DNA of 32,000 bases from Promethearchaeum syntrophicum (GCF_008000775.2 NZ_CP042905.2:2670001-2702000), one strand, 5' to 3'; positions 7,675 to 16,549 are shown, counted from the first letter of the stretch. Numbers and translations: made by a program. Notes: generated from the letters alone by a model not told the origin.

Positions 7675-8361
7675 ATGAAAAACACAAATAAAATTGTTCT
7701 GTTGAGCATTATAGGATTTTTGCTCATTGGGTCATACTTAACCTTAGGTACAGCACAAGAACCACCAGTTAACCCTCCAATTGACATTGGCGAAAATCAA
7801 TATGAAGGTTCAATTGCTGGAAATGAAACCAGTCAGTTTACTTTCCAACATAAATTCCGATTTAACATAACGACCAATGCATCATTAAATCTCGACATGG
7901 ATGTTGATGTTGATAGTACTGGCAATCGAGAATTTAAATTAGAAATTCAAACTCAAGAACAAGCAGAGCTAACAATTAGAATTAATGGATCCGATGAAAG
8001 TCTTGGACTAAAAAATGGAAGCCAAATACAAGTAAGAAACGGAAGCCGATACAGATATCAAGAACGATTTCGACTTAATATTTCTTGTAATGGAACGGTT
8101 CAGGCAAATTTGTCAGTTAATACTAATGATCCAAAGGCTCAATGGGCTTACTATGATGGAGTAGACGGAGAATCTATGGGAGAATGGGTAACCGTTCCAT
8201 CATCATACCAAAATGGAGTATTAACAGCAGAAACATCCCATTTCTCGGTTTGGACAGTGCTAACCTTAGAAGAAGATTCAATTCCATCATATCCTCTAAT
8301 TGGATTAATATCAGTTGGTAGCATAATGGGATTATTGTTTATTGCTAAAAGGAAAAAATAA
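7675..8361 (+). CDS. Secreted or membrane-anchored surface protein, tandem copy 1
   Basis: N-terminal signal-like segment (KIVLLSIIGFLLIGSYLTLGTAQ), beta-rich body, and C-terminal IPSYPLIGLISVGSIMGLLFIAKRKK (TM plus basic tail, sorting-signal-like). TATA-like CTTTATATAA upstream. Confidence 0.75.
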   Translation: MKNTNKIVLLSIIGFLLIGSYLTLGTAQEPPVNPPIDIGENQYEGSIAGNETSQFTFQHKFRFNITTNASLNLDMDVDVDSTGNREFKLEIQTQEQAELTIRINGSDESLGLKNGSQIQVRNGSRYRYQERFRLNISCNGTVQANLSVNTNDPKAQWAYYDGVDGESMGEWVTVPSSYQNGVLTAETSHFSVWTVLTLEEDSIPSYPLIGLISVGSIMGLLFIAKRKK

Positions 8362-8621
8362 AATCAAAAATACAAAGTAATTACCCTTTTTTTTATCTTT
8401 TTTTTTCTTATGTTTTTAGGTCATAATTTTTTCTTAAAAAATTATCTCTTTCTTTTATTCTGTAAATTATCCCCAAACGATTCTTTAATTTTTTAATACA
8501 TTATTCTTTTTTCTTTCCGCATCATTATAAAATATAAGAAATTATTGGGGGATAAGTGTGTCTGATTCTTTATATACTGATGAAGCGATTATTTAGTTAA
8601 CGCAATAAAATGTGAACAATC

Positions 8622-9287
8622 ATGAAAAACATTAATAAAGTTGTTTTATTGAGCATAGTCGGATTTTTGCTCTTAGGGTCATATATGACCGTAGCAAATG
8701 CACAAACGCCACCTGTTGAAACAGTTGATGGAAACCAATATCAAGGCACAATTGAAGGAAATGAAACCAATCAATATAGATTCAGAAATCAATTCCAATT
8801 TCAATTAAGAGTTAATCAATCTGTAGATCTCGATATGGAAGTTGATGTTGATGGAGTTGGGGATAGAGAATTTCAATTAGAAGTAAATACTCGAACGAAT
8901 GCAGAACTTACAATAAGAATTAATGCATCTGATGAAAGTCTTGGTTTAGAAGAAGGAAAGAAACTACAAGCACGAAATCAAAATAGATACCAATATCGAG
9001 AACAATTCCGAGTAAACTTAACATGTGATGAACCTGTTGAAGCTAAATTATCGCTTAAAACTGGGGATCCAGAAGCACAATGGGCTTACTTTGATGAAGA
9101 AACAGAAGAATGGGTAACAAATCCATCATCATACCAAAACGGAGTATTAACAACAGAAACAGATCATTTTTCCGTTTGGACAGTTCTAACCGTAGAAGAA
9201 GATGCAATTTCCTCATATGGATTAATCGGAATAGTATCAATTGGTAGTATAGTTGGATTATTGTTTATTATCAAAAAGAAAAAATAA
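8622..9287 (+). CDS. Secreted or membrane-anchored surface protein, tandem copy 2
   Basis: Close paralogue of 7675..8361. Shared segments include AELTIRIN(G/A)SDESLGL, PSSYQNGVLT(A/T)ET(S/D)HFSVWTVL and a C-terminal TM with KKKK. Confidence 0.75.
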   Translation: MKNINKVVLLSIVGFLLLGSYMTVANAQTPPVETVDGNQYQGTIEGNETNQYRFRNQFQFQLRVNQSVDLDMEVDVDGVGDREFQLEVNTRTNAELTIRINASDESLGLEEGKKLQARNQNRYQYREQFRVNLTCDEPVEAKLSLKTGDPEAQWAYFDEETEEWVTNPSSYQNGVLTTETDHFSVWTVLTVEEDAISSYGLIGIVSIGSIVGLLFIIKKKK

Positions 9288-9321
9288 ACTCAAAAATATA
9301 AAATAATAAATCTCCTTTTTT

Positions 9322-10638
9322 TTGAAAATTTTTTTCAAAGAGGGAATCGAAATGGGAAAAAAAATCAAATATTCAACAATATTCACTGTAATCTCTTTGT
9401 TTTTGATATTTATTAGTTTTAATTCTGAATTGTCTTATAGCCTTGCTCAAGGATCAGGTCCTCAACATCGAATAGAGTCTCAATCTCCCACTGATGGAAT
9501 GAAACCATATATTTTTGAAAATAATATTCAAGTAAATCTAAGCACTACCGCGAATACAACAATTGATCTTGAGATTGAAGAAGGAATAGCTAATAGATTT
9601 GTAGGAATTAATATTAATGCATCAACTCCAATAGAGATCTCTTTCAAAGCGCGAAGAAATTTTGACGTAAGTCCCGGAAAGAAAATGAATTGGCATAAAA
9701 AGTCAGTTATTACTCCAATTGCAAGCAATTTTTTTGCGACTCCAAATTTAGGAGAATCTCCGACTGAAGAATATGATGTTGAATATAGCTATGAAACTTT
9801 TTACCAAATTGATATTGAAGGGGAGATAAATACAATTGAAATATTCACTTCAATTAATCCCGCATTAGGTGTTGCTAAATCCGATTCCTCGTCATTAGGT
9901 TGGGCTATTTTTAATAATGAAACTCAATCTTGGGAAATTTTAACTACAGATTCAGAATCGGATATGATGACCACTACTTTTGATCAAAATGAAATATTTA
10001 ATGACCAGTTAATCCTAACGGTTGTAAATTTTTCACCGATTGTTTCTGGTTCATTTTTTACGTCACCTTTAGGAATTAGCTTAATCGTTGTAGCATTGAT
10101 TACGGCAATATTCGGCTTAATCATGACAAATACAGAATATCGTGATTATTTACTTAATAGGATAATGCACATTAATACAGCCCCACATAGGTTAACAATT
10201 GAACAAGTTTTAGAAAATGAAAATCGAGATAAAATTATTTCACTAATTCTAGAGCAGCCAGGAGTCCATTTTAATGAAATCTTAAGGGAAATTGATATTT
10301 CTGCAGGGACACTAGTTTGGCATTTAGATATATTGGAAACTTTTAAAGTTATCCAAAAGCAGCGAATTGGGCAATATTTAGTTTATTATCCCTATACAGT
10401 TAGAAATCCGATATCAAAATTAGATTTAAAACTTAGAAAAAGCCGTACTACCTTAGAAATTTTACAGTTAATTAATGATAACCCCGGTATTTATCAAAAC
10501 CAGATTGCCCATCGAATGGACCTTGATCATAAAACCGTCAAATACCATATAGATAAGCTAATTGAAAGCGAATTAATTTTAGCAAAGAAAAAGGGACGGA
10601 AAAATTTATTCTATCCTCATGGAAATTTTCAAATCTGA
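9322..10638 (+). CDS. Membrane-spanning one-component regulator: extracellular domain, TM, two C-terminal wHTH domains
   Basis: N-terminal signal/TM, an extracellular region resembling the preceding surface proteins, TM SPLGISLIVVALITAIFGLIM, then LTIEQVLENENRDKIISLILEQPGVHFNEILREIDISAGTLVWHLDILE and LEILQLINDNPGIYQNQIAHRMDLDHKTVKYHIDKL. The true start may be the ATG at 9352. Confidence 0.8.
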   Translation: MKIFFKEGIEMGKKIKYSTIFTVISLFLIFISFNSELSYSLAQGSGPQHRIESQSPTDGMKPYIFENNIQVNLSTTANTTIDLEIEEGIANRFVGININASTPIEISFKARRNFDVSPGKKMNWHKKSVITPIASNFFATPNLGESPTEEYDVEYSYETFYQIDIEGEINTIEIFTSINPALGVAKSDSSSLGWAIFNNETQSWEILTTDSESDMMTTTFDQNEIFNDQLILTVVNFSPIVSGSFFTSPLGISLIVVALITAIFGLIMTNTEYRDYLLNRIMHINTAPHRLTIEQVLENENRDKIISLILEQPGVHFNEILREIDISAGTLVWHLDILETFKVIQKQRIGQYLVYYPYTVRNPISKLDLKLRKSRTTLEILQLINDNPGIYQNQIAHRMDLDHKTVKYHIDKLIESELILAKKKGRKNLFYPHGNFQI

Positions 10639-10694
10639 AGATTAGAGCCATAATATTTTGAAAATAATTGATCATTATTCAAACTCTGTTTAAG

Positions 10695-10728
10695 CAAGAT
10701 CTATCAATTATAACAAAGCTATAGATCT
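10695..10728. promoter_or_regulatory. 9-bp perfect inverted repeat AAGATCTAT-N16-ATAGATCTT
   Basis: AAGATCTAT (10695-10703) and ATAGATCTT (10720-10728), between the membrane regulator and the MFS gene. Confidence 0.45.
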
Positions 10729-10815
10729 TCTCTGTTTTTCATAAGAATTTCATTTGATTATTAGAAATTCAATTATAATTAACATGAAATTTGAAGATAC
10801 TTTTAATAGTTCAAT

Positions 10816-12108
10816 ATGGCTAGAAAGCAAAGAAAATATCCTGAAATGATTCCATTATGGATGGCGCTTTTTTCCGATATAATTGGTTTTTCAATACTAA
10901 TTACTGTATATCCAAGTATTGCATTAGAATTCAATTTAAATCCTCTTGAAGCGGGATTAATAATGGCAGTAAATGGATTATTCTCATTTTTCTCAGCACC
11001 GCTATGGGGAAAATTGTCTGATAAACATGGAAGAAAACCAATGCTATTACTTTCACAATTTGGAACCTTTTTAGGATTCATCATTCTTGCATTTTCTCCC
11101 AATTTTACATGGGTAATTATTTCCCGAGTGATTGACGGAATGTTCGGAGGAAATTATCCGATCGCAAAAGCTATTATTAATGATATCGTGAAACCAAAAG
11201 ACTTACCCGAACAAATGACTACTATTGGAGTTGCTCATAATGTAGCAAACTTATTTGGTCCTGCCCTCGGAGGCATATTATTTGTGAATTTTGGATTAAT
11301 TGCTCCTGGATTAGCAGCCGCTTTAATATCTCTGTTTACTCTAATTATTACCCAGGTGAAGTTAAAAGAAAGTGCTCCTATTAAAGTGAATCCAGAAATG
11401 TTAAAAATTAAGATTCCCGATAATTCATCTTCAAAATCTTTAGATATTTCTTCTAAGAAACAACCAAAATGGTATTCGAATAAACCCTTAGTCACTTCTC
11501 TCCTCATCTTAGCCTTTTCTTCATTCGGTTTTATGACATTAATTTCGAATTTCGCGATGTTTGCATTCCTAAAATTAGATATGGATTCACAATCTATGGG
11601 TATATTCCTTACGGTATCTGCAGTATTTCAAATATTGATTAGGTATACAGTTTACATGCCTGCTTTACGGAAAATTGGTGTTATGAATATGGTTACTCTT
11701 GGGTTTGTTTTATATTTGGTGGAATTTATTATTCTGGGTATAGTGGTGACTCCCACACAATTCATTCTAATAATGATCCTAAGTACAATTGCAACTAGTG
11801 CTACTCGAGGGGGAATAAATTCTTTTATTGGGACATTCGCTCGCCCTCATGAACGAGGAAAAGTACAAGGTTTCGCAACTTCTTTAGATACTTTTGCACA
11901 AATAATCGGTCCAATTTTGGGTGGTGCACTTCTTACTTATTTACCATTAGAATTCTTTGGCTCTGCCTCATTTATATTTATGGCTATCTCTCTTATAATT
12001 TTGCAAAGTGCTAGAACCATGAAAAAAGCCTTGAAAGAAAAAATAAAAGAATCTGAAAAATCTAAGGATAAATCATTACCACAAGCACATATGAAAATTA
12101 GGACTTAA
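10816..12108 (+). CDS. MFS transporter (multidrug/tetracycline-resistance-like)
   Basis: 430 aa ORF with multiple TMs and the MFS signature WGKLSDKHGRKPMLLLSQFG between TM2 and TM3. Confidence 0.9.
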   Translation: MARKQRKYPEMIPLWMALFSDIIGFSILITVYPSIALEFNLNPLEAGLIMAVNGLFSFFSAPLWGKLSDKHGRKPMLLLSQFGTFLGFIILAFSPNFTWVIISRVIDGMFGGNYPIAKAIINDIVKPKDLPEQMTTIGVAHNVANLFGPALGGILFVNFGLIAPGLAAALISLFTLIITQVKLKESAPIKVNPEMLKIKIPDNSSSKSLDISSKKQPKWYSNKPLVTSLLILAFSSFGFMTLISNFAMFAFLKLDMDSQSMGIFLTVSAVFQILIRYTVYMPALRKIGVMNMVTLGFVLYLVEFIILGIVVTPTQFILIMILSTIATSATRGGINSFIGTFARPHERGKVQGFATSLDTFAQIIGPILGGALLTYLPLEFFGSASFIFMAISLIILQSARTMKKALKEKIKESEKSKDKSLPQAHMKIRT

Positions 12109-12264
12109 TTTTTAGGCAATCCTATTCATTTATTATTAATATTCTTTGAATATCATTAAATTAGAGATTTTAATTCAAATAAGATAATACTAATTAAATA
12201 TAAAGAAAAAAAGAAAAAATGGAGACACATCATTTTCCCGAGAGTTTTAGCTTCTAACTCCTTT

Positions 12265-12573
12265 TTATTTTTTTTGAGTTTTATCAAAACATATTATTTC
12301 TTCAATTAACCTATTCTTTTCATAACGATTTAGCATTTTAAAATATTGTTGGCGATATTCTGAAGATATTTTATCATTATTTCGTCGATAAGCAATTAAA
12401 ATCAATTTATCACGATCTAAAGTGCGTAATTCCTTTATATGTGCTTTTTTTCCAAGATATTCTTTTTTTTTCTTTTTCCGTGATTGAAAGTTTTCCAGAT
12501 TGTCAACAAAATCAAATAAATCGCGTTCTAATAAGAAATCTGCTTTTTGCTTGTTTTCTAAGATAAAATTCAC
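12265..12573 (-). CDS. Hypothetical charged helical protein
   Basis: 102 aa ORF, lysine/glutamate rich, no recognised domain. Confidence 0.45.
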   Translation of the reverse strand: MNFILENKQKADFLLERDLFDFVDNLENFQSRKKKKKEYLGKKAHIKELRTLDRDKLILIAYRRNNDKISSEYRQQYFKMLNRYEKNRLIEEIICFDKTQKK

Positions 12574-12635
12574 CTCGAATCTGTTTAATACTTATATTTA
12601 AGAAGATCGATAATTATTACAATTTCAAGGGGTGA

Positions 12636-13025
12636 TTACTGATTTTTTCTGGTGCGTATATTATTGTACTCTTTATCCCAAATTCAAAACAAATTCAAAT
12701 AGGAAAAATAGGACAACTTAAATTCGAACACGGATATTATTGTTATGTGGGATCTGCGTTAAAAAGAATGCTTTTACCCAGAGTAAAAAGACATCTATCA
12801 CCTTTATCGTTAAAAAAAATTCATTGGCATATTGATTATTTACTCGCGGTTTCTGATATCAGTATTATCAAATCGATTTTAATTCCCTCCTCATTCCGTG
12901 AAGAATGCACCATTGCTCAATCCATTAAGGAATTAAGTAAAGATGAAGTTCTTCGATTTGGTTCCTCTGATTGCACGTGTATCTCACATCTCTTCTATTT
13001 TGGAGAGAAGGAACCTTTCAATTAA
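12636..13025 (+). CDS. DUF123 / GIY-YIG-like protein with disrupted or non-canonical start
   Basis: Open frame encodes GAYIIVLFIPNSKQIQIGKIGQLKFEHGYYCYVGSALKRMLLPRVKRHL...KIHWHIDYLL...GSSDCTCISHLFYFG. No ATG, GTG or TTG lies between the in-frame TGA (12633-12635) and GTG at 12747, so the true start is uncertain. Confidence 0.75.
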   Translation, partial: LLIFSGAYIIVLFIPNSKQIQIGKIGQLKFEHGYYCYVGSALKRMLLPRVKRHLSPLSLKKIHWHIDYLLAVSDISIIKSILIPSSFREECTIAQSIKELSKDEVLRFGSSDCTCISHLFYFGEKEPFN

Positions 13026-13087
13026 GTATATACGCTATGATGAACAATTTAATGTACATACCTATTTTCAAAAAAGAGTAGATAAAA

Positions 13088-14101
13088 ATGGTCAGTTACA
13101 AAGAATTGGGGTTAGTAAATACTAAAGAGATATATGCTAAAGCAATTGCAGGGAAATATGCAATTCCGGGATATAATTTCAACAATATGGAACAGTTGCA
13201 AGCGATAATTCGCGCATGCGTGGAAACTGAATCTCCCGTAGTATTACAAGTTTCTAAAGGAGCCAGGAATTATGCAAATGAGACCATGCTAAGATATATG
13301 GCACAAGGGGCAGTCGAATACGCGAAAGAATTAAGGGAAGATCATAAAAGCATCCCAATTACCCTTCATTTAGATCATGGAGGAAATTTTGAGATTTGTA
13401 AAGCTTGCATTGACTCTGGATTTAGTTCCGTAATGTATGATGGAAGCTCATTGCCGTTTGATGAAAATATTGCAATTTCAAAAAAAGTTGTTGAATATGC
13501 TCATTCAAGAAATGATTATGTAACTGTAGAATGCGAACTTGGTGTTCTCGCTGGCGTGGAAGATGATGTTTCTGCAGAAGTTAGTCATTATACAAAGCCA
13601 GAAGAAGTTATTGAATTTAAAGAACGAACTGGTTGTGATAATCTAGCAATCTCAATTGGCACCTCTCATGGTGCAAATAAATTCAAACCAGAACAATGCA
13701 CACGTAATGAAGAAGGAATTCTTGTCCCACCACCACTTGCGTTCAATATTTTGGAAGAGATAGAGCAAAAATTGCCCGGTTTTCCAATTGTGCTACATGG
13801 ATCTTCATCTGTTCCTCAAAGTTATGTGAAAACAATAAATTCTTTTGGAGGATCTTTGAAAGATGCAGTCGGAATCCCAGAACCACAGCTTAGAAAAGCA
13901 GCACAATATAATGTATGTAAAATCAATATTGATTCTGATGGTCGTTTGGCAATGACTGCAACTATTCGAAAAACGATGCATGATAAACCCGGAGAATTTG
14001 ATCCGAGGAAATATTTAGGTCCTGCACGCGATGAATTGGCAAAAATGTATGCCCGAAAAAATAGAGAAGTCTTAGGATCCGCAGGACATGCATGGGATTA
14101 A
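13088..14101 (+). CDS. fba: Class II fructose-bisphosphate aldolase
   Basis: 337 aa ORF with IPGYNFNNMEQLQAI, TLHLDHGGNFEICKACIDSGFSSVMYDGSSLPFDENI, ECELGVLAGVED, AISIGTSHGANKF, VLHGSSSVP and NVCKINIDSDGRLAMT. Confidence 0.93.
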   Translation: MVSYKELGLVNTKEIYAKAIAGKYAIPGYNFNNMEQLQAIIRACVETESPVVLQVSKGARNYANETMLRYMAQGAVEYAKELREDHKSIPITLHLDHGGNFEICKACIDSGFSSVMYDGSSLPFDENIAISKKVVEYAHSRNDYVTVECELGVLAGVEDDVSAEVSHYTKPEEVIEFKERTGCDNLAISIGTSHGANKFKPEQCTRNEEGILVPPPLAFNILEEIEQKLPGFPIVLHGSSSVPQSYVKTINSFGGSLKDAVGIPEPQLRKAAQYNVCKINIDSDGRLAMTATIRKTMHDKPGEFDPRKYLGPARDELAKMYARKNREVLGSAGHAWD

Positions 14102-14308
14102 TTTTTTTTCTTGATTTTTTAACAAATTGAAACAAATCTAATCTCTTCAACAATGAACATATAAGAATTTCAGTTTTTTATCGAGTAATATTCTAGTAAT
14201 ATCAAAATAACAACACCTATCATTAATTAAAAATTGTAATCATTATTTGCACACAACTTTTTTTTTTATTTCTTTTCCCTTCTTCTTCTGAAGGGATCTT
14301 TATTAATA

Positions 14309-14327
14309 ATAATGATTATATCATTAT
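14309..14327. promoter_or_regulatory. Palindrome ATAATGAT-TAT-ATCATTAT abutting the start of the SIS gene
   Basis: Perfect 8-bp arms (14309-14316 and 14320-14327) ending 1 nt before the ATG at 14329. Confidence 0.4.
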
Positions 14328-14328
14328 C

Positions 14329-14925
14329 ATGGATCTTCAAAATCGAGCAGAGCAAATCCTAAAAATTCAATCAAATGCAGTTCAAAATTTGAGAATCACG
14401 GAAAATATGATTTTAGCTATCACGGAAATAATGAAAAAACAAAAAGAGAAGAACCATATAATTACAACGGGAATGGGAAAAGCAGGAATTATCGCGACTA
14501 AAATGAGTGCTACATTGGCGAGTATCGGAATTCCTTCATTCTACGTGAATCCAGCCGAAGCAGTTCATGGAGATTTAGGAAGAATCATGTCTGAAGATTT
14601 ATTAATCGTATTCTCTCATTCAGGGCGAACCAAAGAAATTCAGACAATGATAAAGAAATTGCATGAATTAAATTTCAATAAAAATTATGTGATATCAATC
14701 GGGAGCAACTCACAACCTGAATTTTCAGCTGATTTATCAATCACTTATGGAAATATTGATGAATCTTGCATTGTAAAAAAAGTTCCTTCAACTTCAACAA
14801 CATTAATGCTTTTAATTGCAGATATCTTAGGAATAACAGCAGCAGAAAACTTAGGTTTTAATGATGAATGGTTTAAACAGCGGCATCCAGGAGGAGAAAT
14901 AGGGAACTCTTATAAAAAGAATTGA
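14329..14925 (+). CDS. SIS-domain sugar-phosphate isomerase (KdsD/arabinose-5-phosphate isomerase-like)
   Basis: 198 aa ORF with GMGKAGIIATKMSATLASIGIPSFYVNPAEAVHGDLG, FSHSGRTKEI, PSTSTTLMLLIADIL and RHPGGEIG. Confidence 0.85.
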   Translation: MDLQNRAEQILKIQSNAVQNLRITENMILAITEIMKKQKEKNHIITTGMGKAGIIATKMSATLASIGIPSFYVNPAEAVHGDLGRIMSEDLLIVFSHSGRTKEIQTMIKKLHELNFNKNYVISIGSNSQPEFSADLSITYGNIDESCIVKKVPSTSTTLMLLIADILGITAAENLGFNDEWFKQRHPGGEIGNSYKKN

Positions 14926-14954
14926 ATAAATATAAAAATAAAAAAATTATTTAA

Positions 14955-16463
14955 TTAAAGATTTGGAAGCTCTTTTAAAATCTTCTTTAGTAAATTATAC
15001 ATTATACCGACATGTGCTATATTTAATTTCTCTTCAGGACTGTGAGGATTTTTAATAGTAGGTCCAATAGCAATCATTTGAATTCCAGGGATTTTATCAC
15101 CGATAACTCCTGTTTCTAAACCTCCATGAACTGCTTCAAACTCAACTTTTGAGTTTAAAAATTCTTCATATTTTGCTTTAAAGAATTGTGCAAATGGCTT
15201 TTCTGGTTCAGGTTTCCATGCGGGATATGACGGGTCTCTAATGATATTCCATCCGGCTAATTTCCCTATCTGACTAATTGCAATACGTGTTGCATCTAAT
15301 TCATCTCCAAGAGCACTACGAGTTGATAAAATAATACTAATTTTTGATCCCTCTGTTTTAATAATTGATAAGTTATTGGATGTTTCTGTAAGATCTTCTA
15401 AAACAGGAGATTTACGTATAACACTTGAAGGAACTATATTGGCAGTGGAAATTATCAAATTACTTTCTATTGCTGAAAAATATGGTTGATGTTTTGTAAT
15501 TTTCCATTCAATACTCATATTTGGTTCAAATGGTTCAGATGTACCTTGATAATAATTAAAAAGAGATTCTTTTTCCGATGATAAAATGAGTTCTACCTCC
15601 CCTATTTGACCCGATGGGATACCAAATAGTGCAGAAGATTTTCTTGTGATTGCATTATGCTTAGAACCACCGTTCCAACTAACTAAATATAACTCTTTTT
15701 TTTCTAATACAGCGCTTAACATCCTAGCTATAACTTTATTTGCATTTGCTCTTGGTAAGTGAATATCTCCTCCAGAATGACCACCTCTTAAACCAGACAC
15801 AGTTAATTCAATAAATTTTTCATGGATTTTCGAATAATCTTCAGATTTCATCAGATTTTTCTCAAAAAGCATATCCCCTCCTCCTGCAGATCCGATTGTT
15901 ATCTTTCCAATATCTTCAGAATCAAGATTTATCAATAAATTACTTTGAATTTCCAATTTTTTTTCATCTAATTGAAAGGCTCCAGTGAGACCAGTCTCTT
16001 CATCAACTGTTAATAAAATTTCAAGAGGTCCATGCTTAAAATCAGCACTATTATCAAATATTGTTGCAAGTGCCAAGGAAACTCCAATCCCATTATCAGC
16101 TCCAAGAGTTGTTCCATCTGCATCAACCCATTCCCCATTATCTTGAATTCTTATTGGGATCGGTTCATTATCAAAATCAAACCCTTCAGGTCTATCTGTT
16201 TCACACACCATATCCATATGAGCTTGTAAAATTACGGGTTGACAAGATTCCATCTCTTTAGACGCAGGGAGCTTGATCAATATATTTCCAATTGCATCTT
16301 CATTGACTGAAAGTGAAATTTTTTCTTTTTCAGCGCGATTTTTTACCCATTCCTTTATTTTTGCGCGAATTTTTCCTTCTTTTTTTGATTCGTGTGGTGT
16401 TTTCGAGACTACTTCTTCAAAAATCTCCCAAACGAGCTTCGGTTCTAAATTTTCTAAGACCAT
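14955..16463 (-). CDS. pepD: M20-family aminoacyl-histidine dipeptidase (PepD-like)
   Basis: 502 aa ORF with ILQAHMDMVCET, TTLGADNGIGVSLALA, VDEETGLTGAFQLD, LINLDSED, GLRGGHSGGDIH and VHGGLETG. Confidence 0.92.
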   Translation of the reverse strand: MVLENLEPKLVWEIFEEVVSKTPHESKKEGKIRAKIKEWVKNRAEKEKISLSVNEDAIGNILIKLPASKEMESCQPVILQAHMDMVCETDRPEGFDFDNEPIPIRIQDNGEWVDADGTTLGADNGIGVSLALATIFDNSADFKHGPLEILLTVDEETGLTGAFQLDEKKLEIQSNLLINLDSEDIGKITIGSAGGGDMLFEKNLMKSEDYSKIHEKFIELTVSGLRGGHSGGDIHLPRANANKVIARMLSAVLEKKELYLVSWNGGSKHNAITRKSSALFGIPSGQIGEVELILSSEKESLFNYYQGTSEPFEPNMSIEWKITKHQPYFSAIESNLIISTANIVPSSVIRKSPVLEDLTETSNNLSIIKTEGSKISIILSTRSALGDELDATRIAISQIGKLAGWNIIRDPSYPAWKPEPEKPFAQFFKAKYEEFLNSKVEFEAVHGGLETGVIGDKIPGIQMIAIGPTIKNPHSPEEKLNIAHVGIMYNLLKKILKELPNL

Positions 16464-16549
16464 TGATAATCATCTACATGAAAATTATCCTAATTTAAAA
16501 AATCATCGTTAATTTAAATCTAAAACGAAATGGAGAGATCAATAAAATT

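Larger units (their letters stand above)
7576..9287 (+). repeat. Tandem duplication of promoter/leader plus gene (offset 947 bp)
   Basis: CATTATAAAATATAAGAAAT... starts at 7576 and 8523, and the start codons at 7675 and 8622 are also offset by exactly 947 bp. The 99-nt leaders are equal in length and clearly similar. Confidence 0.85.

Noticed and set aside
10803-11102. 99 aa minus-strand ORF over the MFS start
   Set aside because: It is antisense to a convincing MFS N-terminus. Its composition reflects reverse-complement coding.
12943-13125. 60 aa ORF overlapping the DUF123 end and the fba start
   Set aside because: It was considered as a frameshifted continuation of the DUF123 protein. That frame already ends naturally after SHLFYFGEKEPFN, and the extension overlaps fba.
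16032-16512. Several plus-strand ORFs (65, 66, 79 and 61 aa) over the start of pepD
   Set aside because: They are mutually overlapping, antisense to a strong M20 peptidase gene, and have no Shine-Dalgarno support or family resemblance.
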